Source of the DNA: Candidatus Woesearchaeota archaeon CG11_big_fil_rev_8_21_14_0_20_43_8
GTDB taxonomy: Archaea > Nanobdellota > Nanobdellia > Woesearchaeales > CG08-08-20-14
NCBI GenBank assembly: GCA_002762705.1
Contig: PCVE01000108.1
Span: 1 to 36,485 of the forward strand
Reading direction: 5' to 3'
DNA length: 36,485 nt
Shown here: positions 1 through 8,864 of the stretch, piece after piece
Layout of the letters: every line of letters begins with the position of its first letter
Position numbering within the stretch: position 1 is the first letter of the stretch
Notes under the pieces: model-generated
Told to the model about the DNA's origin: nothing
The model's database searches: none
Seen by the model: only the letters and a program-made list of their open reading frames with translations
Position numbers and translations under genes: made by a program

Positions 1-392
1 TCATAGAAATCCGGCTTGTGGACATCGCAGTATTTGCATTTATCCATCTCTTCTCCTTTCCATTTCACATGGTCGCATTCGACAGCGACGATCACAAGAT
101 TCTCACGAGACACCTGATGCTCCTGAAGAAGCCCGATGATACATTTTATATCGCAGCCTTTTGCGACGATACCGACACGTTCACCCCGCAACCGGCCAAG
201 AAAACCAGGAAGGCTCATCACACAGTGCTCATCAAACATCAGTTGCTCGATCTTTTTCTTGAGGTCGGTATCTCCTGAAGAAATATATATGGGTCGCGCA
301 CCTACATGTTCATCATGGCAGTAGCCAAGAAACACATCTATCTTCTTCTTGGCGAATAGATCGCCTGCGATTCTTCCTATCTCTTCATTCAT
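1..392 (-). CDS. FlxC-like / FrhB-FdhB-type Fe-S protein; C-terminus truncated by the window edge
   Basis: Absent from the ORF track because it has no stop in the window. My translation from ATG 392, which overlaps the mvhD stop: MNEEIGRIAGDLFAKKKIDVFLGY...RVGIVAKGCDIKCIIGLLQEHQVSRENLVIVAVEC...DKCKYCDVHKPDFY. The VGIVAKGCD...Q..RENLVI..V.C pattern and the position after hdrCBA-mvhD match FlxC of hdr-flx clusters. Confidence 0.75.
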   Translation of the reverse strand, partial: MNEEIGRIAGDLFAKKKIDVFLGYCHDEHVGARPIYISSGDTDLKKKIEQLMFDEHCVMSLPGFLGRLRGERVGIVAKGCDIKCIIGLLQEHQVSRENLVIVAVECDHVKWKGEEMDKCKYCDVHKPDFY

Positions 393-813
393 TCCCATCT
401 TCAAATATAATATTTCGCCCGACGCGATTCACAGTGTCAAGCACATCTTCAACCACGCTTTTCCACTTGGCCGCTTCTGAAGCCGATACCCAGCTCATCT
501 GGATCCGCTCTTCTTCTATCCCCATGAATTCCGTAAGTGTCTTGAATGTGAACATACGCCGTCTGGCGCGCATGTTGCCTTCGCTGTAATGACAATCTCC
601 CGGATGGCAGCCTGAAATCAATACTCCATCTGCACCTTCATACAATGCTTTTATGGCAAAGCGCGGACTCACACGACCAGAACACGGCACTTTGATGACA
701 CGGACGTTCTCAGGATATTTTACTCTCGAAGTGCCTGCAAGATCTGCACCTGCATAAGAGCACCACTTGCATAAGATCGCAGCGATTACCAGATCATCAT
801 TTCTTTTTGCCAT
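385..813 (-). CDS. mvhD: MvhD/FlxD-type [2Fe-2S] protein (methyl-viologen-reducing hydrogenase delta subunit family)
   Basis: Motifs CKWCSYAGADLAG, VPCSGRV and GADGVLISGCHPGDCHY; overlaps the end of hdrA. Confidence 0.93.
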   Translation of the reverse strand: MAKRNDDLVIAAILCKWCSYAGADLAGTSRVKYPENVRVIKVPCSGRVSPRFAIKALYEGADGVLISGCHPGDCHYSEGNMRARRRMFTFKTLTEFMGIEEERIQMSWVSASEAAKWKSVVEDVLDTVNRVGRNIIFEDGNE

Positions 814-2803
814 TCGTTTTTATCCCTGCATCATTTTTTCGTATCCCTTTTCCAAGGGCTTCAATCTCGACAAAAACATCTTCGGCGCTGAAACCAGATA
901 CATCGATCGCAGGCACAGGACACACTGATGAACACACTCCGCAGCCAGTGCACTTGCTTTCTATCACCTGTGCGACTCTACGTATCTTCTTTGTGTTCGG
1001 ATCTTTATAATCAACCATCTCGATTGCGCCGAACGGGCATGCCATGAAACAGTTCTCGCATCCGCTGCACAGGAATTGATTCACATGCGCGATTGTAGGT
1101 TCCAGTTCAAGCGAAGAGTGATTCAATATCGACATCGCCCGTGACGCAGCAGCTGAACCGCTTGCGACAGCATCTGGGATATCTTTTGGTCCCTGGCATG
1201 TGCCTGCTATGAACACTCCTCGTGTCGCAGTCTCGACCGGCGCGAGTTTAGGATGCAGTTCATTGAGCCAGCCATGAGTGTCTTTTGATAGGTTCAAGAC
1301 CCGCGCGATCTTCCTTGTCGACTTCGCCGGCACAAGACCATTCGCAAGCACGACCATATCAGCGTCCACTTTCACCTGATTGCCAGTCAATGTATCGGTG
1401 CCGAACACATGCAGCTTGCCATCGCGATCGAAGATACGCGACACACGACCGCGCAGATACAATGCTCCGGTCTCATCCTGGACTCTTTTTACGAATTCTT
1501 CATAATTCTTTCCAAAGGATCTGATGTCGATATAAAAAACATAGATGTCTGTACCCGGATGATGCTCATTCAAAAGAAGCACATGCTTCGCTGTATACAT
1601 GCAGCAGACACGCGAGCAATATGGATATCCTTTCTTCTCATCACGCGACCCGACACATTTTATGAATACGACGCTCTTTGGCACTTTTCCATCGCTTGGC
1701 CGCAGCACTTTTCCGTCAGTAGGACCGCCTGCGACAAGCATCCTCTCAAACTGAAGCGATGTGATGACATCAGGGATCTTTCCATAGCCATATTCACCAT
1801 ATGCAGAATCATCAAATATCTCTGAACCAGTCGCGACGATAACGACACCGAATGTTCTCTTGAAGATCTCATCTTTCTGATTGTACCTGATGCACTTCTT
1901 CGGACAGACTTTTGCGCATGCTCCACATTTGATGCATTTGTCATTGTCGATGCGCGGCACTTTCGGGACTGCCTGAGGGAAATCGAAATAGATGGCTTTG
2001 CGCTTCACAAGGCCCTGATTAAATGTCGATTCCGTCTTCACAGGACATACTTTCTCGCATGCTCCGCAGCCGATGCATAGTTCCTCATCCACATAACGTG
2101 TTTTCTTCCTGATCTTCGCATTGAACTCACCGACGTGTCCATCCAGCTCTTCGACTTCAGAGAATGTCAGCAGCTCGATATTCTCATGATCCCTTGTCTG
2201 CACCATCTTAGGTGTCAGTATGCACATAGAACAATCAAGTGTCGGGAATGTCTTATCGAACATAGCCATCTTGCCGCCGATAGTTGGCTCTTTCTCGACC
2301 ATGGTCACTTTGAATCCCGCATCTGCGAGATCGAGCGCGGCCTGGATCCCAGCTATGCCGCCACCGATCACAAGTGCTCTTTTTGTGACTTTGACAGATC
2401 TTTTCTTAAGCGGTCTTCCGTGTGATACTTTCGCGACAGCCATCCTGACGATATCTATGGCTTTCTCAGTCGCTTTGTCGATATCATCATGCACCCATGA
2501 GACCTGCTCACGGATGTTCGCGATCTCGACAGAATAATAATTGAGACCGTTCTTCTCTGCAAGCCCCCGAAAAGTCTTTTCATGAAGATTAGGAGAACAT
2601 GATGCGACAACGATCTTTGTCAGGTTATGTTTTTTTATCATGTCAGTTATCAATCCCTGGCCTTCGCTTGAACACATGTACATGCTTGTGGTTGAATAGA
2701 GCACTCCAGGAAAATCCGCTGCGGCTTTCGCTACATCTTCGACACGTACTCTCCCTGCGATATTATTTCCGCAGTGGCAGACAAAAACTCCTATCCGCAG
2801 CAT
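797..2803 (-). CDS. hdrA: Heterodisulfide reductase subunit A (FAD, Fe-S)
   Basis: N-terminal GVFVCHCG, ASCSP, FAD motif VIGGGIAG, KTFPTLDCSMC, CVGSRD...YCSRVCCMY, internal and C-terminal 2x[4Fe-4S] ferredoxin motifs, GTCQGPKDIP. Confidence 0.96.
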   Translation of the reverse strand: MLRIGVFVCHCGNNIAGRVRVEDVAKAAADFPGVLYSTTSMYMCSSEGQGLITDMIKKHNLTKIVVASCSPNLHEKTFRGLAEKNGLNYYSVEIANIREQVSWVHDDIDKATEKAIDIVRMAVAKVSHGRPLKKRSVKVTKRALVIGGGIAGIQAALDLADAGFKVTMVEKEPTIGGKMAMFDKTFPTLDCSMCILTPKMVQTRDHENIELLTFSEVEELDGHVGEFNAKIRKKTRYVDEELCIGCGACEKVCPVKTESTFNQGLVKRKAIYFDFPQAVPKVPRIDNDKCIKCGACAKVCPKKCIRYNQKDEIFKRTFGVVIVATGSEIFDDSAYGEYGYGKIPDVITSLQFERMLVAGGPTDGKVLRPSDGKVPKSVVFIKCVGSRDEKKGYPYCSRVCCMYTAKHVLLLNEHHPGTDIYVFYIDIRSFGKNYEEFVKRVQDETGALYLRGRVSRIFDRDGKLHVFGTDTLTGNQVKVDADMVVLANGLVPAKSTRKIARVLNLSKDTHGWLNELHPKLAPVETATRGVFIAGTCQGPKDIPDAVASGSAAASRAMSILNHSSLELEPTIAHVNQFLCSGCENCFMACPFGAIEMVDYKDPNTKKIRRVAQVIESKCTGCGVCSSVCPVPAIDVSGFSAEDVFVEIEALGKGIRKNDAGIKTNGKKK

Positions 2804-2805
2804 AT

Positions 2806-3702
2806 CTAGATCAACCTCTTTCTATCCAATAGTACTTGTGTATCGACAAAATGCGTATGCAGTCCAAGTTTTCTATGATCGATCCCAAGCGCGAGACCAA
2901 GCAATTGCGAGAAATAAAACACAGGCATATCCAGATCCATCCTGAGCTCTTTTCCGATCTCTTTTTGCTTCATATCAAGATTTGAATGGCATAACGGGCA
3001 GGCAACAACAACGCATTCAGCGCCTGATTTTTTAGCGTCTTCTAATATCTTGCTTGTAAGTTTCAATACAATCTCTGGTTTTGATGCAAAATACGAAGCC
3101 CCGCAGCATGTCACCTTATAATTCCAGTCGACTGTTTTCATGCCAAGGGTTTCGCAGAAATCATCCATCAGTTGCGGGTTTTCTGGTCTCTCATCAAACT
3201 CCATGACATCTTCTGGCCGTGTGAGAAGACAGCCATAATAGCATGCAGCTTTTAACCCGAGTTTTTTCTTAAGCAAGTTCTGCCACTTCTCGGGTTTTAT
3301 ATCTTTCATGAGCACTTCCAGCGGATGTCGGCATCTGATATTGCCATCATACCTATGCCCAGTTATTTTATACATCTCTTTTCTTATGTCTTCACGCTCG
3401 CATTCTTTATTCGTGACCTTGTGACGCTGAAAACACGCAGCGCATGGAATCGCTATCGTACCCATCCCCATTTCCTGTGTCTTTGCGAAATTGTGATAAG
3501 GAAGAGCGATGGCAAGATTTTTATCGGTCGCATGCGCGCTTGTGGCTCCACAGCAGATCCAGCTAGGGATTTCTATAAGTTCTATTCCAAGGGCAGAGAA
3601 ACTAAGTTCTATCGAGTCGCCGAATTCTTTGGTGGTCCCTTTTAGGGTGCATCCTGGGTAATACGCAATTTTTATTGTTTGATCTGTTTCATCTCTTGTC
3701 AT
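2806..3702 (-). CDS. hdrB: Heterodisulfide reductase subunit B
   Basis: Two CCG domains (YYPGC...ICCG...CAAC; YYGC...TCCG...CPLC); lies between hdrC and hdrA. Confidence 0.95.
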   Translation of the reverse strand: MTRDETDQTIKIAYYPGCTLKGTTKEFGDSIELSFSALGIELIEIPSWICCGATSAHATDKNLAIALPYHNFAKTQEMGMGTIAIPCAACFQRHKVTNKECEREDIRKEMYKITGHRYDGNIRCRHPLEVLMKDIKPEKWQNLLKKKLGLKAACYYGCLLTRPEDVMEFDERPENPQLMDDFCETLGMKTVDWNYKVTCCGASYFASKPEIVLKLTSKILEDAKKSGAECVVVACPLCHSNLDMKQKEIGKELRMDLDMPVFYFSQLLGLALGIDHRKLGLHTHFVDTQVLLDRKRLI

Positions 3703-4264
3703 TTTTCTCTACTGTGTTCTTGAATATCTTTTTCATGTCTTTTTTTGCAATGTTGCTTGGGATGAATTTGAGTTTTCCATGTACTAACATCTCAGGCGCC
3801 TTTGTTGTGTCTCTTAGTAGATGTCCTGAAAGCACATTATTCATGCCGACAAGCTCCACTTCAAAGAGCCGCCCATGTCGCCTGATATTATTTAGGAATA
3901 TCTCATTGAAAAGCGCGATATTTCTCTCGCTTCTGTCTTTTGGAGTCATCTTCTTCTTAATAGAGAATGATTTCAATCCATCCATTAGTTCGCTTATCTT
4001 CACTTTCCTTGGACATCTCGCAGAACATGTGCCGCATGCGACGCAGTTCCAATATGCGTTTGAGGAAAGGGCTTCATCTATGGCCCCTATCTGCACCAAA
4101 CGAATCATCCGTTGCGGAGGATTATCCATAAGATGAGCTACAGGACATCCGGCTGTACATTTGCCGCATTGATAGCATCCAGAGACATCAAGCCCATCGA
4201 TAAAACCTTCTATCTCCTTTATTTCGCTTTTCCTGTTTTTGCCAAGTACTTTTTCCATCCCCAA
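3689..4264 (-). CDS. hdrC: Heterodisulfide reductase subunit C
   Basis: CYQCGKCTAGCP and WNCVACGTCSARCP; the ATG at 4258 is an alternative start to the TTG at 4264. Confidence 0.94.
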   Translation of the reverse strand: MGMEKVLGKNRKSEIKEIEGFIDGLDVSGCYQCGKCTAGCPVAHLMDNPPQRMIRLVQIGAIDEALSSNAYWNCVACGTCSARCPRKVKISELMDGLKSFSIKKKMTPKDRSERNIALFNEIFLNNIRRHGRLFEVELVGMNNVLSGHLLRDTTKAPEMLVHGKLKFIPSNIAKKDMKKIFKNTVEKNDKR

Positions 4265-4494
4265 GGGGAAAAATAGCTAATGTGCTATATATATTTGATG
4301 CATATGGTTTGATTTTTACTGACTATGCTTATCCGAATCTAAACTGATTATTCTTGCTTTTTTGTTTACTTTACAGTACTATCTTTTTGGATTTTGACAT
4401 TCTATCAAGCTAATTTTTTTTATCTTAGATAGAAAAACATATAATATAGAATAAACTCAAAAGCATTTAATCACATTCATGGAGGGTGTTTATC

Positions 4495-6153
4495 ATGGCA
4501 AAATCAAAGAGAAAAGTCAAATCGAAAGCTAATCAGCGAAAATCATCAAAAACTAAACAAGAAAAGTCATCACATCCAAAATCAGATGATAAACCGACAA
4601 AGAGATTCTCAAACATGCGAAAATTCGTGATATTCTGTGTCTTTGTCGCTGTGATATTTCTTATATTTTTCCTTGGAAATGGGAAGCAGGGTCAGACCCC
4701 TGCAACAAATCTGGTCCCATCCGGAGAGATAACGGCAGGGGATACAGTTTCAGTCAAATATGTCGGTCGACTGATGAATGGCAGCATATTCGACACAAAT
4801 GATGAAGTGGCAGCAAAGAATGCCGGATTTGAGATACAACATACCGACCCGTTTGTATTTGAGATCGGAAGCGATATGGTCGTTCCGGGATTTGAAGATG
4901 CAGTGCTCAGCCTAAAGAATGGTGAAAGAAAGAAATTTGTCATCAAGGCAAGTGATGCCTATGGTATGCCGGATCCTACTTTGATAATGGATGTCCCAAG
5001 AACACAAGAGTTCTCCAGATTCCAGACCCTAAACAGGACCCAGAATATTCCGACTGATTTCTTCAAAGAATTATTCACCGTAGAACCAGAGATCGGAAAA
5101 GTGGTCTCAATCGAAAGCATGCCTTGGGAATATGAAGTCGTGGCTGTGAAAGCTGATGAAGTCAGCATAAAATCAAAACCAGTCCAGGGTCAGATTGTAG
5201 AGGTGCAAGGATCAGCATGGAACGCGACAGTCACAGCGATTGACGATAAGACAGTGACTTTAAGAGCAGATCCAGTCGATGGGACAACATTAGCGACACC
5301 TTTTGGCGACGCGAAACTCTCAATCACAAGCGACATGATCACGATAACGACAAACCCCGTTATCGGCGACGTAGTCACAACGATGTACTGGTCAGGTGTT
5401 GTGAATGCTATGAACAGCACATCGATAACCATAGATCTTAATCATCCACTGGCAGGAAAAGATCTTGAATTCGAGATTGAAGTGACAGATATTGAGAAAG
5501 CTGATTCGGCAGCGACAACAGAGACACTGGTTGCAGGGGCTACCGAAACAACGAAGACCAATAAGCCTAAAGTCCTCATGTTCGTCATGAGTTTCTGTCC
5601 ATATGGGCAGCAGATGATGGCTGTGATGAAGCCGGTATTTGAACTGTTTGGTGACAAAGTCGATATCGAACCGCATTTTGTCATCTATGGAAGCGCAAGC
5701 TACAAGGGAAAGGAGAGCAGCTATTGCATGGGTGATCTATGTTCGATGCATGGCTTATATGAACTCGAAGAAGACATACGTCAGGCCTGCATCTGGAACG
5801 ACGACCATAAAGCATATTGGGATTATTCTGAATGCATCAGCCAGAAATGTTCAAAAGCGAACCTTGACAGCTGCTGGAAATCTTGTGCTGATGATTTTGA
5901 CATAGATACTGCTGAAGTGGAGAAATGCCAAAAAGACGAAGGAAAGACCATGATGGGCCTTGAGAAGATGCTCAATTCCCAATATGGTGTGCAAGGATCA
6001 CCTACTGTCTTCATAAACGGTGAGACATTCAAGGGGCAGAGGACTCCTGAAGACATGAAGAAGGCGATCTGCAGCACGTTCGCAGATGTTCCATCCGAAT
6101 GCAGTCAGACACTCGGGACAGGAGCGACCACTGCTGCAGGAGATTGCGGTTAG
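4495..6153 (+). CDS. Membrane-anchored FKBP/SlyD-type peptidyl-prolyl isomerase fused to a C-terminal thioredoxin/DsbA-fold domain
   Basis: GGAGGG RBS at 4481 and ATG at 4495. Basic N-terminus plus one TM helix; FKBP motifs (VKYVGRLMNGSIFDTN, VPGFEDAV, AYG, DLNHPLAGKDLEFEIEV); C-terminal FVMSFCPYG and GVQGSPTVFING. Confidence 0.85.
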   Translation: MAKSKRKVKSKANQRKSSKTKQEKSSHPKSDDKPTKRFSNMRKFVIFCVFVAVIFLIFFLGNGKQGQTPATNLVPSGEITAGDTVSVKYVGRLMNGSIFDTNDEVAAKNAGFEIQHTDPFVFEIGSDMVVPGFEDAVLSLKNGERKKFVIKASDAYGMPDPTLIMDVPRTQEFSRFQTLNRTQNIPTDFFKELFTVEPEIGKVVSIESMPWEYEVVAVKADEVSIKSKPVQGQIVEVQGSAWNATVTAIDDKTVTLRADPVDGTTLATPFGDAKLSITSDMITITTNPVIGDVVTTMYWSGVVNAMNSTSITIDLNHPLAGKDLEFEIEVTDIEKADSAATTETLVAGATETTKTNKPKVLMFVMSFCPYGQQMMAVMKPVFELFGDKVDIEPHFVIYGSASYKGKESSYCMGDLCSMHGLYELEEDIRQACIWNDDHKAYWDYSECISQKCSKANLDSCWKSCADDFDIDTAEVEKCQKDEGKTMMGLEKMLNSQYGVQGSPTVFINGETFKGQRTPEDMKKAICSTFADVPSECSQTLGTGATTAAGDCG

Positions 6154-6187
6154 TTTTTTATTTTTTTGACTTTTTTGTTATCTTATT
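6154..6187 (+). terminator. Oligo-T tract between convergent genes (archaeal-type terminator)
   Basis: Several T runs directly after the stop at 6153. Confidence 0.5.
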
Positions 6188-6913
6188 CTATTTTGTCGCA
6201 AGGAAATACATCGATGGCGATTCTTTTGTATAATGGCAGAGCCCTGCGCCATAATAATGATGCTTTGAGAATCCTGCCGCATCTAATGCATGACTGAATT
6301 CTTCTCTAGTGTACATGGCAAAGGTGTTTTCATCTGTAAGTCTGACAATAGTTTCCTTTTCCATATCATGTATGATGCATCTCTGCTTATGTGTCAAGAT
6401 CTTTCCGTCAAGCGTATTTGTCTCGTGCACAATGACTTGAAGATTGTCCTGCGTACATTCATGCATCCTGTCCTTGTATTCTTTCTCTGGCCAGTGGTTT
6501 GGGGCATTGAATACCAGTCGCCCGTATGGCCTCAAGGCTAGATACATGTGCCTCAATCCATCAACCAATCTGTCTTCATCCAGTAGATAATTGATGGCCT
6601 GACGGACCATGATCCCATCGAATTCATTGTCTGCTGAAAACTCACACATCGATGCACAGGTGAATTCAAGATCGTATTTTTCTAGTTTTTTTCTTGCCAC
6701 TGAAAGCATCCCTAGCTCTGCATCCATGCAGGTGATATTCCAAAATCCCTTCTTTAGCAAGTGCGCAGTCACTTCACCTGTCCCGCAGCACAGATCAAGC
6801 AGTCTCTCGTCTCGATTGAAAGAATATTGTGTTAGTTTGAGAAATGTGTCTGACTGCTGGAACCTATTGTATATCAGGTCATAATATTCCGGAAATTCGT
6901 CATAGCAACTCAT
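6188..6913 (-). CDS. Class I SAM-dependent methyltransferase
   Basis: Motif I LLDLCCGTG and late motif LRPYGRLVF; ATGA overlap with the upstream gene. Confidence 0.9.
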   Translation of the reverse strand: MSCYDEFPEYYDLIYNRFQQSDTFLKLTQYSFNRDERLLDLCCGTGEVTAHLLKKGFWNITCMDAELGMLSVARKKLEKYDLEFTCASMCEFSADNEFDGIMVRQAINYLLDEDRLVDGLRHMYLALRPYGRLVFNAPNHWPEKEYKDRMHECTQDNLQVIVHETNTLDGKILTHKQRCIIHDMEKETIVRLTDENTFAMYTREEFSHALDAAGFSKHHYYGAGLCHYTKESPSMYFLATK

Positions 6914-7746
6914 TCTCCTGCACCCCTTATATGATTGAAGATATCTCCAATCCGGTTGCCAGGAACGACGATGCCATGATTTTTCAGCCGTACTGGTCCT
7001 GCTTCGCCCGCAAGTGTTTTCATTATCTCCTCGATGTCTTCTTTTGTTCCTGGAGAATAGTCGAATCTGGTTTCTTTCTCGAATGGCATATCGATATGCG
7101 AATGAAGGATATGGTTCAATTCAGGGAAATTTCTAAACATAACTGATGCCACATTCGCATTCAATGATGCCTTCTTTCCTTCGCTTGTGCAATAGATGAT
7201 TCTTTTTTTGTGGTCTACTTTGTCGACATGGACAATATCTCTTGTATCAATGTTCTTCTTATTGCTGCCTCTCGCTGTTATCAGGAAACTTTCGCTGCCT
7301 GTGCGTTCTGCATAGAAGCCGAATTGTTTTTCAGAACCCTCGTAATATAGAAGGAACAATCCTTTTTTTTCAAATAATCCAATATTTTGCTTGAATGAAT
7401 CAGTCATCAATGTCTCTATCGAGTCAACATCATTCTGTTCAGTGCGGTAATGGCGGTCTGATTTTCTTAATTCTATCAATCCAATTACCTGCTTTGGATC
7501 AACAAGTCTTCTGATTCCTTTTTCAGGCGTGATTGCAAAGATGCCATCAATCCCTTTCACAATAGTGAGGTTTGATTTATGTTCTATCCCTACCTTGTAT
7601 ATCTCATCGATATCAATCGATGCGAATGTTCCATGTCGTTCTAATACATAGGCATTGAACGTCCTATTTTCATCGGGACTTTGCCATCCATCATGCAAAT
7701 CAACTCCAGCAGGCATTCTTTGTTTCAGATAATCATATAATATCAT
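6910..7746 (-). CDS. Atypical class II aldolase/adducin-fold protein with an extra N-terminal domain
   Basis: FLITARG, metal ligands ILHSH and LKNHG. I prefer the start at 7746 (GGGGTGA RBS, ATGA overlap) over 7770. Confidence 0.75.
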   Translation of the reverse strand: MILYDYLKQRMPAGVDLHDGWQSPDENRTFNAYVLERHGTFASIDIDEIYKVGIEHKSNLTIVKGIDGIFAITPEKGIRRLVDPKQVIGLIELRKSDRHYRTEQNDVDSIETLMTDSFKQNIGLFEKKGLFLLYYEGSEKQFGFYAERTGSESFLITARGSNKKNIDTRDIVHVDKVDHKKRIIYCTSEGKKASLNANVASVMFRNFPELNHILHSHIDMPFEKETRFDYSPGTKEDIEEIMKTLAGEAGPVRLKNHGIVVPGNRIGDIFNHIRGAGE

Positions 7747-8864
7747 AGTGTCACCCCTTTTTGTCGCCATATCAATCTCCCAAAAGCATACTTCAGATTT
7801 TCAATACCCAGTCTAATCGTTTCAGGATCATTAGCTGCAAAATTCATACGGATATTGTTCCTGCTTTTTCCATCATGATGTGAAAAAGAATCCTGTTCAA
7901 GTTCGACGCCCACATGCTTTGCATAACTGAAAAATTCCATCTGATCAACATCTGCAGGCAGTGTCAGCATAAGGAAAATACCACCTTCTGGCTTTGTGTA
8001 TTCAACGCCGTACATAGACAAATGAAGATTATCCAGGGAAGCAACACAGGTGTCACGTCGCTCTTTGAATTCTTTTTTCAATAGATCTAGATATCGTTCG
8101 TGCACTAAAAGCTCTTTTGCAACAATCTGATTCAATGTTGATGTAAATAGGTCTGCAGTTATTTTTTCCGAACGTATTTTTCTGATTATATCTTTCTTTG
8201 CCATGATGTAACCAATCCTTAGTCCAGGAAGGGTGATTTTTGAGAGCGATCCGACAAAGATTGTCCTATCTGGTATCCTGTCAAATATCCTGTTTGGCAT
8301 TTTATTGTCATAATGCAAGAGGTCATAGGGATTATCTTCGATAAGGATATTATCGTCATGGTCCATCATTTCGGCAATATCATCTTTTTGTTCTTCTGCA
8401 TATGAGAATCCAGACGGGTTATGGAAATTCGACGTGAGGTACACCAGATTATGCCTTTCTGGATGACTTGGACAGACAAACGGCGGCCAGATATGGTTTT
8501 TGAAATCAGGACTTTCCTTGTAATGGAATTTTGCTGTATACCGGGTATCCAATCCCTTAAGCAGCCTGATGGCACCAAAGTATGCGGGTTCCTGTATCCA
8601 TTTTGTCCGTGTCTTCACTGAATCAAAAGCCAATGACAAAGCCTGCTGGGATGATGATGTTATCAGTATATTCTCAATGCTGACATCAAATCCCATCTTT
8701 TCTATGATTGTTTCACGAAGCTCTGGAAGACCTTGGATCATCCCATACTGCGAATAAAGATCAACTCTCTCACTGGCTTTGCATATGGCTTCTTTTGCGA
8801 TCTCTTCAAGTTCGGGCGTGAGTCCGATGTGTCCTCCGCAGAAACGTATCATCTGCTCTGCCAT
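7743..8864 (-). CDS. PLP-dependent class I/II aminotransferase (LysN/Aro8/MocR-like subgroup)
   Basis: QYG..QGLPELRE, SSQQAL, NFHNPSG, EDNPY and the PLP-Lys motif GSLSKITLPGLRIGY. Confidence 0.92.
   Translation of the reverse strand: MAEQMIRFCGGHIGLTPELEEIAKEAICKASERVDLYSQYGMIQGLPELRETIIEKMGFDVSIENILITSSSQQALSLAFDSVKTRTKWIQEPAYFGAIRLLKGLDTRYTAKFHYKESPDFKNHIWPPFVCPSHPERHNLVYLTSNFHNPSGFSYAEEQKDDIAEMMDHDDNILIEDNPYDLLHYDNKMPNRIFDRIPDRTIFVGSLSKITLPGLRIGYIMAKKDIIRKIRSEKITADLFTSTLNQIVAKELLVHERYLDLLKKEFKERRDTCVASLDNLHLSMYGVEYTKPEGGIFLMLTLPADVDQMEFFSYAKHVGVELEQDSFSHHDGKSRNNIRMNFAANDPETIRLGIENLKYAFGRLIWRQKGVTL

Noticed and set aside
385-4264. Selenocysteine or stop-codon recoding in hdr/mvhD
   Set aside because: All four ORFs are full length, with Cys at the motif positions and no in-frame TGA.
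385-4264. Methanogenesis inferred from hdrABC
   Set aside because: Hdr is widespread outside methanogens, the gene order is flx-type, and there are no mcr or mtr genes in the window.
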